A stretch of 63,233 bases of DNA, filler included, from Octopus bimaculoides (Eukaryota): assembly GCF_001194135.2 (NCBI RefSeq). It is 10 parts of 8 records of this genome, joined end to end, with 100 filler letters (N's around TTAATTAATTAA, not from the genome) between each part and the next. Parts side by side here need not be neighbours in the genome. Positions count along the whole stretch, not along the records: positions 34,025 to 39,720 come from NC_068981.1; positions 39,821 to 52,132 come from NC_068988.1; 8 more parts are not named here. The stretch is one strand, 5' to 3'. The stretch's first letter is position 1, and the number at the start of each line of letters is the position of its first letter. Positions 37,373 through 51,040 of this stretch are shown piece after piece. Below the pieces are notes generated by a model. The model was given only the letters and a program-made list of their open reading frames with translations. It did not search any database and had not been told where the DNA came from. The translations under genes and the position numbers were made by a program.

Positions 37373-37820
37373 AAGGCGGCGAGCTGGCAGAAACGTTAGC
37401 ACGCCGGGCGAAATGCTTAGCGGTATTTCGTCTGCCGCTACGTTCTGAGTTCAAATTCTGCCGAGGTCCACTTTACCTTTCGTCTTTTTCGGGGTCGATA
37501 AATTAAGTACCAGTTACGCACTGGGGCTGATGCAATCTACTATCTCCCTCCCCCAAATTTTAGGCCTTGTACCTATAGGATTATTATTATTATTACTATT
37601 TCTATCATCTAAGGTGGTGAGCTGGCAGAATTGTTATCACGCCGAGCTCGTCTGGCTTTACGTTCTGAACTCAAATTCCGCCAAGGTTGACTTTGCTTTT
37701 TATCCTTTCGGGTCGATATAATAAGTACCAATTGAACACTATGGTGCGTGTTATCGAATTGCCCTCTCTCCCAGCAAAATTGCTGGCTTTCTTCCAAGAT
37801 TTGAAACCATTATTATTATA
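37373..37820 (+). mobile_element. Two tandem SINE S2 copies
   Basis: Contains ggcgagctggcagaa...gttcaaattc(t/c)gcc(g/a)agg...ctttt...cggggtcgataaattaagtacc twice. Confidence 0.85.
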
Positions 37821-38059
37821 ATTGTTGTTGTATCTTTACGATACATCTGTGGGGACATCTGTAAAATGTCATTTGGTGAAGAGTCGCTGAACTACTAATG
37901 ATTAAGTCTCATTGTTTTATACAAAGCACAGCATTTGTCATGCTTATTTAATCAGAGGTTTACCTACATTGAGCAGAACTATATTCAAAGATGTTCCAGC
38001 CATGACCAGTCCGACATTCTTTCAACATTGTATATTACGAACTATATTATCTAATGTAT

Positions 38060-38450
38060 GTGGAGGCGCAATGGCCCAGTGGTTAGGGCAGCGAACTCGC
38101 GGTCATAGGATCGCGGTTTCGATTCCCAGACCGGGCGTTGTGAGTGTTTATTGAGCGAAAACACCTAAAAGCTCCACGAGGCTCCGGCAAGGGATGGTAG
38201 CGAACCCTGCTGTACTCTTCCACCACAGCTTTCTCTCACTCTTACTTCCTGTTTCTGTTGTGCCTGTAATTCAAAGGGTCAGCCTTGTCACACTGTGTCA
38301 CGCTGAATATCCCCGAGTACTACGTTAAGGGTACACGTGTCTGTGGAGTGCTCAGCCACTTGCACGTTAATTTCACGAGCAGGCTGTTCCGTTGATGGGA
38401 TCAACTGGAACCCTCGACATCGTAAGCGACGGAGTGCCAACAACAACAAT
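38060..38450 (+). mobile_element. SINE family S3, full length
   Basis: tRNA head ggcgcaatggcccagtggttaggg...gtttcgattccc and (CAA)n tail. Near-identical to 53535-53832. Confidence 0.9.
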
Positions 38451-39514
38451 ATGTAATGTATAATTATTTTTCTAAGACGATAATGTAAGTGGTTTGAGAG
38501 CGATTTGGCCGCTATTTCAAGCATGTAAAGGCTTCTTCGTTGGCTTATCTTTAGCTTCGAATAAAACAGCAGCACAGAAATGAACGTGAACATGAGCATA
38601 CATGTAAATTCGTCTGTTTTGTTATTAATATATATTAATAGATGATTTATAACGTTCTTGTTTAGTAATTGTATCATTTAGATTTAATAATAAAATAGAA
38701 TTTTGTTAACACACCCACATATTCATATTCAAATTCTTACATTCATGCGTATCTATCCACATATCAATACACACAAGCACACATTATTATTTTGTCTCTC
38801 GTTTTCTCTTTCCATTTATATATTATGTTCACACCTATATCTATGCATAGACATGCACATAATGTGAACATTCGCATATTTATTTTGAATAGAAATAAAT
38901 TGATAAAATTATTAATATCTCTACGCAAATAAACAGGTATAATACATACGCACACAATTATACATATATATATATGTGTGTGTACGTGAGAGTATGTGTT
39001 CATATGCGACCCCATGTATGTGTGTGTCTTCGTACGTATGCGAGCCCATGTGTGTGTGTGGATATGCACTTATGTGTGTGTGTGTTTTTGTGTGTGCATA
39101 TATGTGTTTCTGTTTGTGCAAATTTATATCTACAAGAAATTATAAGAAATATTGCTGTGTCCTTATGCATTACAACTTTATTAACAGTGAAATCGTAACT
39201 TCGCCATATATCGAGTGAAACTTCGAAGTCACAAACATCTAATATTTGCATTAGCTATTAGATGTTTTATTTTTATTGAGTAGTCCTGCATTTTAAAAAC
39301 CCCTCATTTCTATGTATCTATGTTCAAATATTTTCCTCATTTCACATCATTGTCTTTCCTCATACATGCATACATACATACATACATACATACATACATG
39401 CATACATACATACATATAAATTCACACATACACACTCTCACACACATGGTTCAAAATTAAGTATAAAAAAACAAACACTGAGACAGGTGAAGAAACAAAC
39501 AAACAAGGTGTATT

Positions 39515-39600
39515 AGTTTGACGCTCGAGAAGAACGGAAGAGTCTTTGATGTTGCGAGCCTACGCTCTTCTACAGAAAGGAACGAACGGAGAAAACAGAT
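39515..39600 (-). mobile_element. Second copy of the hammerhead-like short repeat
   Basis: Reverse complement of 39543-39580 reads CCTTT-CTGTAGA-A-GAGC-GTAG-GCTC-GCAAC-ATC-AAAGA. Confidence 0.6.
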
Positions 39601-39970
39601 AGAGAGTGGATTAAAAGTTGATCATGCTGAATACACGTGTGTGCGTATGTATATATAATACTGTGGGTGAACGTGAATGAATATATGCGTGCGTTCGTAT
39701 ATATGATATTGTATGTATATNNNNNNNNNNNNNNNNNNNNNNNNNNNNNNNNNNNNNNNNNNNNTTAATTAATTAANNNNNNNNNNNNNNNNNNNNNNNN
39801 NNNNNNNNNNNNNNNNNNNNTCCACACTCTTTACCACTTCATACTAAAAATATCCGCCTATGGATATAATAATAGATTACTTTATTTTTTCTGTCTCCGA
39901 TGAAGGGAAGTACTGGATCTTCCCTTCAACCTTACCTTTGCTCTCTTTATCTTTTTGTTTTTATATATTT

Positions 39971-40001
<31 letters not shown>

Positions 40002-40529
40002 CATATATATACTTACATACATACATACATACATACACATAAATACAAATACACACAAAATTTTTTATAATAACAGTGAAGCTAAAATGTTAAAATGTCA
40101 AGATCTTCTGAAGTCTCCTTACCACATCTGTTAAATGAAAAAGAAAATGTCTTTGATATTCTTAATTGAAATGTTAAGATATAGAGTTAAGAGGTAATTA
40201 ACGTATGTTGTCTTAAGAGGCTCATTAGCAGTGTGTTGTTGCAAACGATCACAGCTTATAGTGTTAGTTTGCTTACTAGCATTCTAAATGTCATGCAGTA
40301 AAAACAATACCTCATTCTATTGTAGGTGTTATTTATCTCAAGTGAGATAACCGCCTACCACTATTTTAAAAACTGTTGATAACTGTTGCTGCTACTCTAG
40401 TTGTTGTTGGTTGAAGTAGTGGTATTTTAGTGGCTGCTGTCTCTACTACTCTATTACCACCACAATACAAAGTATATTTCATAGGAGAGAGCAAGAGAAA
40501 TTGGGAGATATACAAACAGATAGGATATG

Positions 40530-40570
<41 letters not shown>

Positions 40571-41266
40571 NNNNNNNNNNNNNNNNNNNNNNNNNNNNNN
40601 NNNNNNNNNNNNNNNNNNNNNNNNNNNNNNNNNNNNNNNNNNNNNNNNNNNNNNNNNNNNNNNNNNNNNNNNNNNNNNNNNNNNNNNNNNNNNNNNNNNN
40701 NNNNNNNNNNNNNNNNNNNNNNNNNNNNNNNNNNNNNNNNNNNNNNNNNNNNNNNNNNNNNNNNNNNNNNNNNNNNNNNNNNNNNNNNNNNNNNNNNNNN
40801 NNNNNNNNNNNNNNNNNNNNNNNNNNNNNNNNNNNNNNNNNNNNNNNNNNNNNNNNNNNNNNNNNNNNNNNNNNNNNNNNNNNNNNNNNNNNNNNNNNNN
40901 NNNNNNNNNNNNNNNNNNNNNNNNNNNNNNNNNNNNNNNNNNNNNNNNNNNNNNNNNNNNNNNNNNNNNNNNNNNNNNNNNNNNNNNNNNNNNNNNNNNN
41001 NNNNNNNNNNNNNNNNNNNNNNNNNNNNNNNNNNNNNNNNNNNNNNNNNNNNNNNNNNNNNNNNNNNNNNNNNNNNNNNNNNNNNNNNNNNNNNNNNNNN
41101 NNNNNNNNNNNNNNNNNNNNNNNNNNNNNNNNNNNNNNNNNNNNNNNNNNNNNNNNNNNNNNNNNNNNNNNNNNNNNNNNNNNNNNNNNNNNNNNNNNNN
41201 NNNNNNNNNNNNNNNNNNNNNNNNNNNNNNNNNNNNNNNNNNNNNNNNNNNNNNNNNNNNNNNNNN

Positions 41267-41306
<40 letters not shown>

Positions 41307-41760
41307 ATAATTTAGAATAAACAGTAAAAAGTTGTCATTATAGTACTCAGAGTTTCAAATGTTGAAGCAAAGAGCTACGGTGCACTCTCGTTGGCTATTA
41401 GTGGCAACAGTTGCTATGAAAATCCATTGAATAAAAGGGAAGATACTCTAATAGGTAGAAAAAGAAAAAAGATATAAAATACATGCAACCATATTCTCAC
41501 AATACATAGACATAAACCTCCTGCATTCACAATGTCTACATACGTACACATTCACACCTATATATATACACACCTATATATATAAAAATTTAATGAATGG
41601 AGTAAAACGCATATGTTAACTGCATACTTTTATTTCCAACATATGTTTCGAAGATTACAAATTATACCTTCCATAGGAATCGGCGATGGAAATGCATGGG
41701 AACCAGCTTAAACGTTAGACATTTTAACCGAATATATATATTATAATCTATATATATTAA

Positions 41761-41799
<39 letters not shown>

Positions 41800-43629
41800 N
41801 NNNNNNNNNATATTTATATCTAATAAAAGAGAGTTTGTATGTGTGTGTGTGTGTATCTTCCTTATGCATTCCAAAACCAAGTTGCCGATCTTGATGTATG
41901 AGGTATCAAAAGATTCAGTACTATTTCCACTACCATCTAAACTTTATTTTCATTGACATATTTCCATTACAAAAAATTAAAACTATAACCTTTTCCATAA
42001 CTCAACTATCGTAAACATTTTATACAATGATGACGATGACGTCACATTTTCTATATGAGTGTGTACCTTAAAAGACATTATGACACACACCTTCACTCAC
42101 TCTCTCTCCCTCTCGCATGCACACAAACACACACACACACACACATGTCCTAATCATATACATGTACATACATCTTTCGCTTTCTCATTTCCTTCACTTT
42201 CTGCTCTCTCTCTCTCCTTCTCTTTCCTTTCAATTTCTTCTCTTCTCAAAGCATAAAGAAATTAATTTTTACAGAATGACCGAGTGAAACGCAGAATGAG
42301 AAAAAGACAGAGAGACAAGAGAAAGAAACAGAGACAGAAAACAAGTTTCTATAGAAGTTGAAAGACGGGTAGCGGGTGGGAGACAGATGCTGATGTTTCA
42401 TACCCTATGTATGCTCTATAGCTGAAAGTGAAAGAAAACCAGCACAAAATTGATACTGTATGTTCTATAGATGAAGGTGAAAGAAAGCGGCACAAAGAGA
42501 GGGGAAAGCGGGAGAGAAGGGGATGCCAAAACCCCAGAAATGGGGTCATGTCATACAATTTTAAGGTCATTTTCACTTTTGTCTCATGTTTCAAGCATAC
42601 ATAGAATTAGGCATTATCTTTCTCTTTCAATTTCTCATTATAATGTACGGAGACCTTCTGCTGTTAATATATTACAACTTCACTACATTTCCTTCTTTTG
42701 GAATTAAGAAAGGTATGCAAAAATAATTTCCTTTAGCACACATACACACACACAGTTAAAATTCTGTATGAATTATGTTATTTTTTGCTGTGCGCTAAAT
42801 TACAGCTCAAATCCTATGGAAATTACCTTTTCCTATTCTGTCATTCCTGTTTGTGATGAGCATATTTCAAAACCTGATCTTCCATTTAAACTTACAAGGA
42901 AGTTATCTCTGTCCTTTACCTGTTGTTTCTAGCCTGTCTGAAATGACATTTGCATATCCTCTCCGCTACTTATTTCTTTCCTCAATTTACTCACATTCCT
43001 ATGTTTCCCATACAAGAGATTTGCATTTTGCCCGAAAGTGAGTAGCTGAGGTGGGGGAAGGGGCATTTAGTATTTCTTTCAGAAAAATTAAATTTTCAAA
43101 AACAAATTATATTTCCCACATTTGTAATCTCTGTATTTTTCTACATGTGTAAAAATAAAATTAGAAAATTTCAGCAGGGAGCAGGGAAATTATAATGTTA
43201 AAAACATGATTTCTGGGCAAAATCATATTAACCCCTTTTTATTCCATGAAACAGTACATAGTTTGTGATCCTTCTTAAGACCATAAATCACTTTCATGCA
43301 AATTGTACCACACCACTTCACTTCTGGACAAGCAATAACTTCCATTATGTCAGTAATCCACTCCACTTTATATCACCTAACAGAATGCATTATGCTTATC
43401 AAGACAGAACATAGCCAAATCATTCACAGTTTACTGCTTCTCATAATAACGGTACACAAATTGACATAAGAATTTTTCCACATCTTTTCATTCATTACTG
43501 AAAAATCAAATTATACAATGCACAACTTCAAATTGCTATGTCTTCTATCTTATATGTTCCTTAATTGTTTGCTCTTTTCATCCATGCCACCAAAACAAAG
43601 ACATTCTCATTTATCTCCACAAACAAGGG

Positions 43630-44060
43630 CTGCAAAGAAACCCTCCTCTATTCGTGCTCAAGAAAACTCACTTCAGCCATGCTCAAATGTGTAATATTTC
43701 AAAACGATCACCGACGGCTGAAGTTCTGCTCTAAACTACACTTCTTGTCTGGGATGAATGCACAGTGGCACACTGTCGTGCACTAGAAGCTCTAGGGATA
43801 TTAGAAACAATACTGTCATTAAAGGGTGCTTAGCCGTTGTCCTCGCAGGGGATTTCTGTCAAATGTTACCAGTTATACTACGGGGTATGTGAGCTGATGG
43901 CATCTATGATTGTGTCTGAAGTTTTCACCTCTATAGAGGTTTGTTCATCAGCTTTCATTAAGCAACAATATGCAAGCTCATCTCTACAACAACCCTTTAG
44001 CTGAGGAATTCTTTCATCAACTTCTACAAATTGGAAATGGCACCTTACCATTGAAACAGA
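43630..44060 (+). mobile_element. Helitron PIF1-type helicase pseudogene fragment
   Basis: Translation CNISKRSPTAEVL*..LLVWDECTVAHCRALEAL, VVLAGDFCQMLPVI.RG, LSNNMQAHL, EFFHQLLQIGNG. Confidence 0.85.
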
Positions 44061-45081
44061 ACACCTCAGTAATGATTGACAGTGACATCGGTGTCACAGC
44101 TGGTGACATATAGATATGGTGAGTAACACCATGATGGCTACTCCAGTATAGGCCTATGAATATGGTATAAGGAATGAGACGGGAGATCAAGGCTTCTGAA
44201 GCTCTGTGGCATAGATGAAGTAAACATTTGCAACACTAAGATCAGTCATCTGATTACCTACCTATTAGGTGAATATGCTAACTAGACAGACTATACTCAT
44301 CAGGAAATAGGATAGGCAACTGGTTGAGTAATGTGGGGCTGAATCAACTTGTTAATAAACACTTTTAACCCCAACAATATGTGTTGGGTTTCATTTTCAT
44401 TCCTTTATATACCTACCTATGTCTGTGTATGTGTTTCTGTCTACACTGGTCAACCAATGCTGTGTTTATGTCACTTTCTTTTATGTCCTCTAACTATTAA
44501 CCTCATTTTTGACCAGAAAAACACTTTACACTTGCTCTCCATTTTGATCAGTTTGATCTAAGAGTAGTTCCTTCTTCAGAGCATACATGTGTCATAATTC
44601 GTAACAGAATTATCACCCTTACTCCAGAAATAAAGGTTCCAAATTCAAATCTAATGTGGGACTTTGTATACAACTTGGAATAAGATAGCTGATGAAGATC
44701 AGAGATCAAACTGATCAAAACATTGTGTAGATAAAAATATTTTAAAATAATTCATTTCTAAAAATTAATTTAGTACTCTGAAAAATGATCAACAAAGGAA
44801 TTATCAGTTCATTTGACTCTAATAAGATGCCTGTTCTACACTTATTTCTATATCTATGCTACATGATAATTTATCGAAGATACAGCCTGAGGAGAGAGTA
44901 TGAAGAGAGAAGTTGAATGAGGTCCAACCACTCAAGATCTTGGTTCTGAAGCTCACAAATTCTCTTAGGGGTTTTAAACTACCAAATTTCTTCAGAGCAA
45001 GACTAATTATATGAAATCTCTTTCAGAATTAATCAGTGAATGATGGCTTTATTAATTATTATTTTTGTTTATTTCTTTCAG

Positions 45082-45215
45082 TTTTTGGTGGAGAGAATTA
45101 AGTGTTCACTTGTTTTATCAGCCGATCACTGTAAGACGTCTTCAGATTTATTGAGCAATCATCAAAAAGCTAGAAAATGAACAAGCTTGGAATGCATATA
45201 CCGCAGAAGGATAAG
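45082..45215 (+). other. Candidate host exon (strong splice signals; possible ATG at 45177, MNKLGMHIPQKDK)
   Basis: Acceptor tttgtttatttctttcag and donor AAG|gtaaat. No homology recognised. Confidence 0.3.
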
Positions 45216-46589
45216 GTAAATATCACTCTCTAATTTGACATTTTAATTCTTTATTTAGGCATCAAACTGATTTCTTACATGGTTGCGTTATTTACCTGAG
45301 ATTTCGTGTTCAGAAACAATGACAATTAAGGGTAATGTGAGTGATTCAGTTGAGCAATGATGATCAAAGATTATCAATAGTGATTAAAGATGAGTAGTGG
45401 TGATTAAGAATGGTCAAGAATAATCAATGATGACCAATAGTGATCAAAGATCAATTGGAGACTGGTCTTACTAAACTGGTACCAAACGAACTTTTATTTT
45501 GATCATACATGAGGATTGAATTAACACTGTTGAACATTACGATGCAACAACGCACTACTCAACATTAGACTGTTGCCGCTGCTGTTGTTGTTTAAAGTAG
45601 CAGGTTGTTTAATGATTTACAGATGTGTATCTGGGCTGCTAAGAATCAACTATTTTGATTACTGTGCAATACCAGTGATTAACAGTAAACTACAAAACCA
45701 GATGGCTGTTCATGATGCAGAGAAAAGCTATCCACCCAATTGCTTAAATGTTTTTTGATTACATAGGATATTAAGCCTAGACCCCATTTACAACTAATCA
45801 GTGAACCATGTTGTACACAAAAGATCAAAGAAAATTTGTGAAAAGTCAACTCATCTGACATACTATTATTTCCATCAATTACAAGCATTGGATTTCCACC
45901 AATCAAAGTACTTTATTGGTACATACAGGGACATAACTGAGACTACCATTTTTCAGCCAATGGAATGACTACTTTTTGGATATCTGCTCAGTTCTTTCAG
46001 TCCTTTCAAGCTAAATAGCTTGGATTACATTTTTTTAAAGAGATTTTCAAAATATTGTAGGGTTTTATGTTCAAATGCAATGCTGTGAAAGATGATTCTC
46101 TCACACTCGCCTCTCATATTTTCACTCTCACACACACACAGTTAGAGATGGTAATGAACATTCTATGTGCAAACATACAACTTCATCTTTCACTGTCTCT
46201 GGGCTAACATACTAGCTATATAATGTATTAATTATATATGGGTTAATATACACAATTATATGTATTCATGTATATTACCTCAGAAACACATATAAGCACA
46301 TTGTTATCTTTATGTAATTATAATATTTATTTAACGGTCACTCATACTGGACTTCAATGTTCATGTTTTAAATTAGTTTGTTGCTGATTTACCTCATAAC
46401 TATTAGGTTGATGATTAACACATATTCTACAACTATATTCATCCATCAACACCCAGTAATAAATACTTTATACTCATTAAAGTACTAAATCCCTAATTCT
46501 TGAAGTGTTTTTTAATATTCCTCTTAAAGCTACAGCAAGCACCTGAACCCTGCAGCTACTGATCCTCCTCCTAGTCCTTATCATCAGTT

Positions 46590-47000
46590 TAAGAACCTTA
46601 TTTTTTACATAGGCATCAGTTGGACAAACCATTTGTAAATCATAATACCATTTGCCTCAATTTTTTGTTAGTTCTTCTGCGATGGCCAGTTTCTCAAGAT
46701 CTGTCTCCTTCTTCCCACATTTTCTTCAGTCTTGCTTCATCACAGTTACCTTCTACCAACTACAACCAATACTTTCTCGCCTGGCAACCATTTACATTAC
46801 ATATCTAAACAAGCACAGTCATCTCCCCTTTATGAATCAGCTAATCCCATTAGCATACAGCAACTTTTCAGCTCCCTGATGCTTCACATTCCACTCAGAT
46901 TAACATCACATTTCTAACAGACAATTTTCCATTCATTTCTCTCCAACATCCATGCCTCATCTAAATTCAGTGCCCTATATCTTATTATCACATAGTACTA
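46590..47000 (-). mobile_element. Decayed RTE-type LINE 3' end
   Basis: Translation VEGNCDEARLKKMWEE..DLEKLAIAEELTKN*GKW resembles the EG..GRGRPKKTW..DL..DR..W motif, followed by a UTR ending ttaaactgatgat. Confidence 0.55.
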
Positions 47001-47299
47001 TATTCCAGACGTATGTTCATTACAGTCTGGTCTTTTGGTACAAAGCCGAAAAACCTTTTTGTTGCCAAGTGAGATTGACAGTGTATCAACAGGTTAGATA
47101 AATAAATCAGAATATTTCTTCTAGCACAGATATATTCTGCTTTAATTAACTAATTAAACATTTGTGCTTAAACTTACATAATTTAAAATAGTTAATTCAG
47201 TGAAAAGGAATATATTTTACAAAAGAAAAAAAGAAAAAAAAGGAGAAAGAAAACACATCAAGAAGCACCATGTGCCTCAATTGTTCGTACACCACAAGG

Positions 47300-47830
47300 T
47301 TCAACAGAATCTTCTGAAGCAAGCCAACATGCTTGGGATATTACCACAGGCGATGGTGAGGCTAAAGCATTGGAAAAGCCAAGCACCCTCATGGTCATCA
47401 CCTGACAGCTAGGTAAGGCAAACTGCTAATGATGATGAGAACTTCACTGTTAGTAGCCCAGTCCCTCCATACATCTCAAATGCCACAGGCCGGAAGAGGT
47501 AGTTCACTGACAGGTCCTGATACTTCGGGGTATTGTTCCATTCAGCTATGGAAGCAGTGACCCTCCCATTTACCACAGCATCCAGAATGCTGGAGGGAGA
47601 AAAAGAATCAGAGACTGTGGTGTCCCAGATGAGGCACCTACCTCTTCTCCAGGGACAGAGGGTAAGATCATCTGGTCTCTTCGCATCACTTCTGGATAGT
47701 CTCACTGGTTCCAGAACTGAGGAGATATTAATCCAAGCTAAGGCTTGCTTAATGATTAAGTTTAGCTTGGTGTGATGAGCAAAATGACCAGCATTTAGAT
47801 GGCAAGACAGACCATGAAAACCTGTGGAGC
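47300..47830 (-). mobile_element. CRE-clade non-LTR retrotransposon C-terminus (zinc finger + RLE)
   Basis: Translation HGLSC...HHTKLNLIIKQAL...LEPVRLSRSDAKRPDDLTLCPWRRGRCLIWDTTVSD...KY..L..YLFRPVAFE..G...WLFQCFSLTIACGN. Confidence 0.85.
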
Positions 47831-47999
47831 TGAGGGGCCTAATTATCTAATTATTCTGCTCTAATTATCAAATTTATATATCCAATCTTATGTTAGGAAT
47901 CAGGAATTAAATGTTCTCTTTTTTGTTTTTAGATTTTAAAATAAAAATATTTCTTGTACTCTTCTGTTCCTTAAACTTTCTCATATACTCCTCTTGTAG

Positions 48000-48086
48000 G
48001 CTATATTCATCTTGTCATTGCTATTTAGTCAATTTGGAGATAGTCTACAAACAGCACAACCCCTTTAGCAGCACTTTTATTTTAAG
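48000..48086 (+). other. Candidate host exon
   Basis: Acceptor ctttctcatatactcctcttgtag and donor AAG|gtcagt; 87 nt. Confidence 0.25.
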
Positions 48087-48600
48087 GTCAGTCTTTTAGT
48101 GCATAGGCACTAAAATAACATCTGAGTTTTTATAAATAGCAGTTAAAGAATACCTTATAATGCTATAATTATAATTCCATGTCGATGTGAATAATAGACA
48201 ACGTTCAGAAGGCTTAACAGAACAATAATAATTTATTGGTAGAGGAATTTGTGATAGAATTAATTAGAAACTTGCTTGCCAGCATTCAGAGATAGGGCAT
48301 AACAGTGTCCTAGGTGAATAATAGACATGTTTAAGATCCTTGTCATAGGTCACAGATCCAAAAAGGGTGTATGCAGAAATATAACACTTATAGTTACTTC
48401 ATAATGTAAAAATATGGAACATGGCAAATACCTGAAGTCTCATAATCAGCTATTAAGTTCTAGAATGTTTGTCCATTAAATATTTTCCACATGGTGTTGA
48501 GTTCAGACAGAAACATGAGAATACGTGTTACTCTCCTGGAGCCCTGGCTGGAACTGATGAAAATCTTTCCCACGCCTCATGACAGGCAGCAGTGTGTATC

Positions 48601-48869
48601 TGTTGTAATGTAATTTGTTACACACAATAAATAAGATAACCAGACAAGAGTAAAAACAATGTAATGAACTAACGAATCTCTTTACGAACCAACAATCAAT
48701 ATTCCTTGTGAACTAACCAATTGACACCTTCCGACTTCACTGCAAACTAAAACAAACTTTGCTTGACCCCAAACTCTGAACTTTTGAATTCACTTGGATC
48801 ATTGCTACTTATACTTTACTTGGATCAGTCTATCTCTTGCAAGAGGGCATTGTAACTCTCATCACAACA
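48601..48869 (-). repeat. 3' LTR
   Basis: Aligns to 50789-51040 with substitutions and indels. Confidence 0.93.
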
Positions 48870-48880
48870 TCTCCCCTTTT
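48870..48880 (-). promoter_or_regulatory. Polypurine tract AAAAGGGGAGA
   Basis: Directly abuts the 3' LTR. Confidence 0.85.
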
Positions 48881-50775
48881 GAGATTTCGACTATTGTGAG
48901 AAAGTAGAATTTCTTTTCTTTTTCTTTTTTTCTTTCCAGCACCTCTCCTTTTTTTTTTTAGCTGTTGTATCTTAATTGTTACCTGACTTTTAAAGTAGTA
49001 TTGTTTGTTGCACATAGCACTTTTTCTTTTCATTCTACTAAGCACTCTTGTTTTTCATTTTTTTAAAATCTAGTATATTTTTCGTTTAGGTATTACTTTC
49101 AGATATTCAGTCTGTTTCATTTTCTGAAGCTAGTTCTATGGGGTTCAATATCTGTTGGTGCTGACACTTCAAACATATCATAGCAGACTTCCATTGGTGT
49201 TACCCTTCGTTCTTCTGTATGTCTTATCTTTTACTGGTTAAGGTGTCTCTTATGTTCCGAATGTTGTCCTATAATTAAATACCTTATGTTATTTAATCTT
49301 TTGATTGCACAACCATCTTCCCAACCTTCTTTACCATTTTTGTAATTTTTAAAATGAACTTTCTCCCACTTCGAAATGTTTTGTAATATTTTTTGTATTT
49401 CCTTCAAATGTACTTTTTGTCTTTCCTTTATATGTATTTTTTCCTGGCAATTATTTATCAAAGATCAATTTTATTTTACACATGAACATTAACTCTGCTG
49501 GTGACTTTCCTGAATTAGCATTTGGATTTGGCGTTATTCTATATACTCTCAAAAATTTTGTTAGTGCCTCATTATTATCTAGCTCATTCCTAGCTTTTCT
49601 TAGAGCTCTTTTGAATGCATCGACAAATCTTTCTGCCAGCACGTTTGACCTCGGATAGTAGGGCAGGGAAATGTGCCTTATGGCATGTATTATACAGAAA
49701 TTTCTTAATTCATATCCGGTGAATTGTGTTCCATTATTTGAAACTAATGTGTTTGGAACACCATATTGAGCAAATAACTCGAGTAGGAACTTTATTGTTG
49801 TCTTTGCTGTGGGTTTATCACATCTGCATACCTCTGGCTACTTTGTATAGCTATCCACAATAATTAGATAGTAAGCGCTGTTCACTGGTCCAGCATAGTC
49901 GATATGTATCCTTTCAGTCTTTGTGCATAGACATAGTTTGTCCAATAGTACATTTTGATTTTTAAATGGACTATCTTTTCTGAACTGTATGCCTCCATAT
50001 CCATAACATAAATTAGGACATGGCACTCTTTTTTGGTTGTACTTTTCTGGTCATCATATCTGTATTTTTGAGGAAATCTTTTCTTGAATTTTTTTCTACA
50101 TCATGTTTCAGGTTTACCATCCTTTGGCATCCTTCTGCCATGGACTGTAAGGTTAGATCTTGGTTCGCTTGTTCCAATTTAGAAAGAATTCTTGCTCAAA
50201 TTGTTGCTTGCTGAAAGGCTTTGTATGAAAATAAGATACTTGAACATCTCAGGTGCAAGTTCACACGTCCTGTTGACTGTTCCTGCGTATGTGATAAAAT
50301 CATCATTCTCTTTTTTTGTTATATATCAACAGTCCATTCGAGTGTTAAGTAGAGAAGTTTTATCACTGAATATAGTAGACAATAATTCTATTGTTTCTTT
50401 AAAACAAATTTCATAAGTTTTTTGGGGGGGCAATATGAAATTACAATAATGTTCATGCACTAACAGAGCTAATTTTCGCAATAACAATCTCACTTTTTGT
50501 TTGTCTGACAATGATTTGCTATCTTGCTTAAGAATCTCCTCATACCTTCTGTAGTACAATGCAAAAGTTACACCCTCCTCTGGGTTATAACTGAATGCAT
50601 TTTTGGACTTCTATGAATATAGTTCCAATAATTGTTGTTGTAGTTGTTGCTGTAATAGTTGCTTCTGCAACTCCTGTTGCTTTTGCAACTGTTCTATGGA
50701 AGCTAATGGGTCTTTTATTATTTAACAAGTTGTATCATGAACAAATTGTTACATAACCTACATGAGCTTTGAAAC

Positions 50776-50786
50776 CCTCATCGCCA
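50776..50786 (-). promoter_or_regulatory. Primer-binding site TGGCGATGAGG (tRNA-Ser(GCU)-like)
   Basis: 2 nt from the 5' LTR. Complementary, with one G:U pair, to the animal tRNA-Ser(GCU) 3' end ...CCUCGUCGCCA (recalled sequence). Confidence 0.75.
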
Positions 50787-50788
50787 GA

Positions 50789-51040
50789 TGTTGTATCATA
50801 GTTTGTTACATACAATAAATATGATAACCAGACAACAGTAAAAACAAAGTAATGAACTAAGAAATCTCTTTATGAACCAACAATCAATATTCCTTGTGAC
50901 ACCAACTTCACTGCAAACTAACACGAACTTCACTCGACTCTGAACTCTGAACTTTTGAACTTACTTGGATTGTTACTACTTATACTTTACCTGAACCAGT
51001 CTATCTCTAGCAAGGGGGCATTGTAACTCTCATCACAACA
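50789..51040 (-). repeat. 5' LTR
   Basis: Aligns to 48601-48869. Confidence 0.93.

Larger units (their letters stand above)
48601..51040 (-). mobile_element. Internally deleted Ty3/Gypsy LTR retrotransposon, fully bounded
   Basis: LTRs at 48601-48869 and 50789-51040 (TG...CA); TSD GTATC at 48596-48600 and 51041-51045. Gag remnant (RYEE..LSDKQKVRLLLRKL) and integrase core (RIHIDYAGP, VSNNGTQF, RSNVLAERFV). Confidence 0.93.

Noticed and set aside
37190-37448. Poly-N/K, poly-L/F and poly-V ORFs
   Set aside because: Compound (CTT)n(GTT)n microsatellite.
45700-46000. Faint L1-RT-like words (DAEK.., IQG)
   Set aside because: Spacing and residues are too degraded to distinguish from chance.
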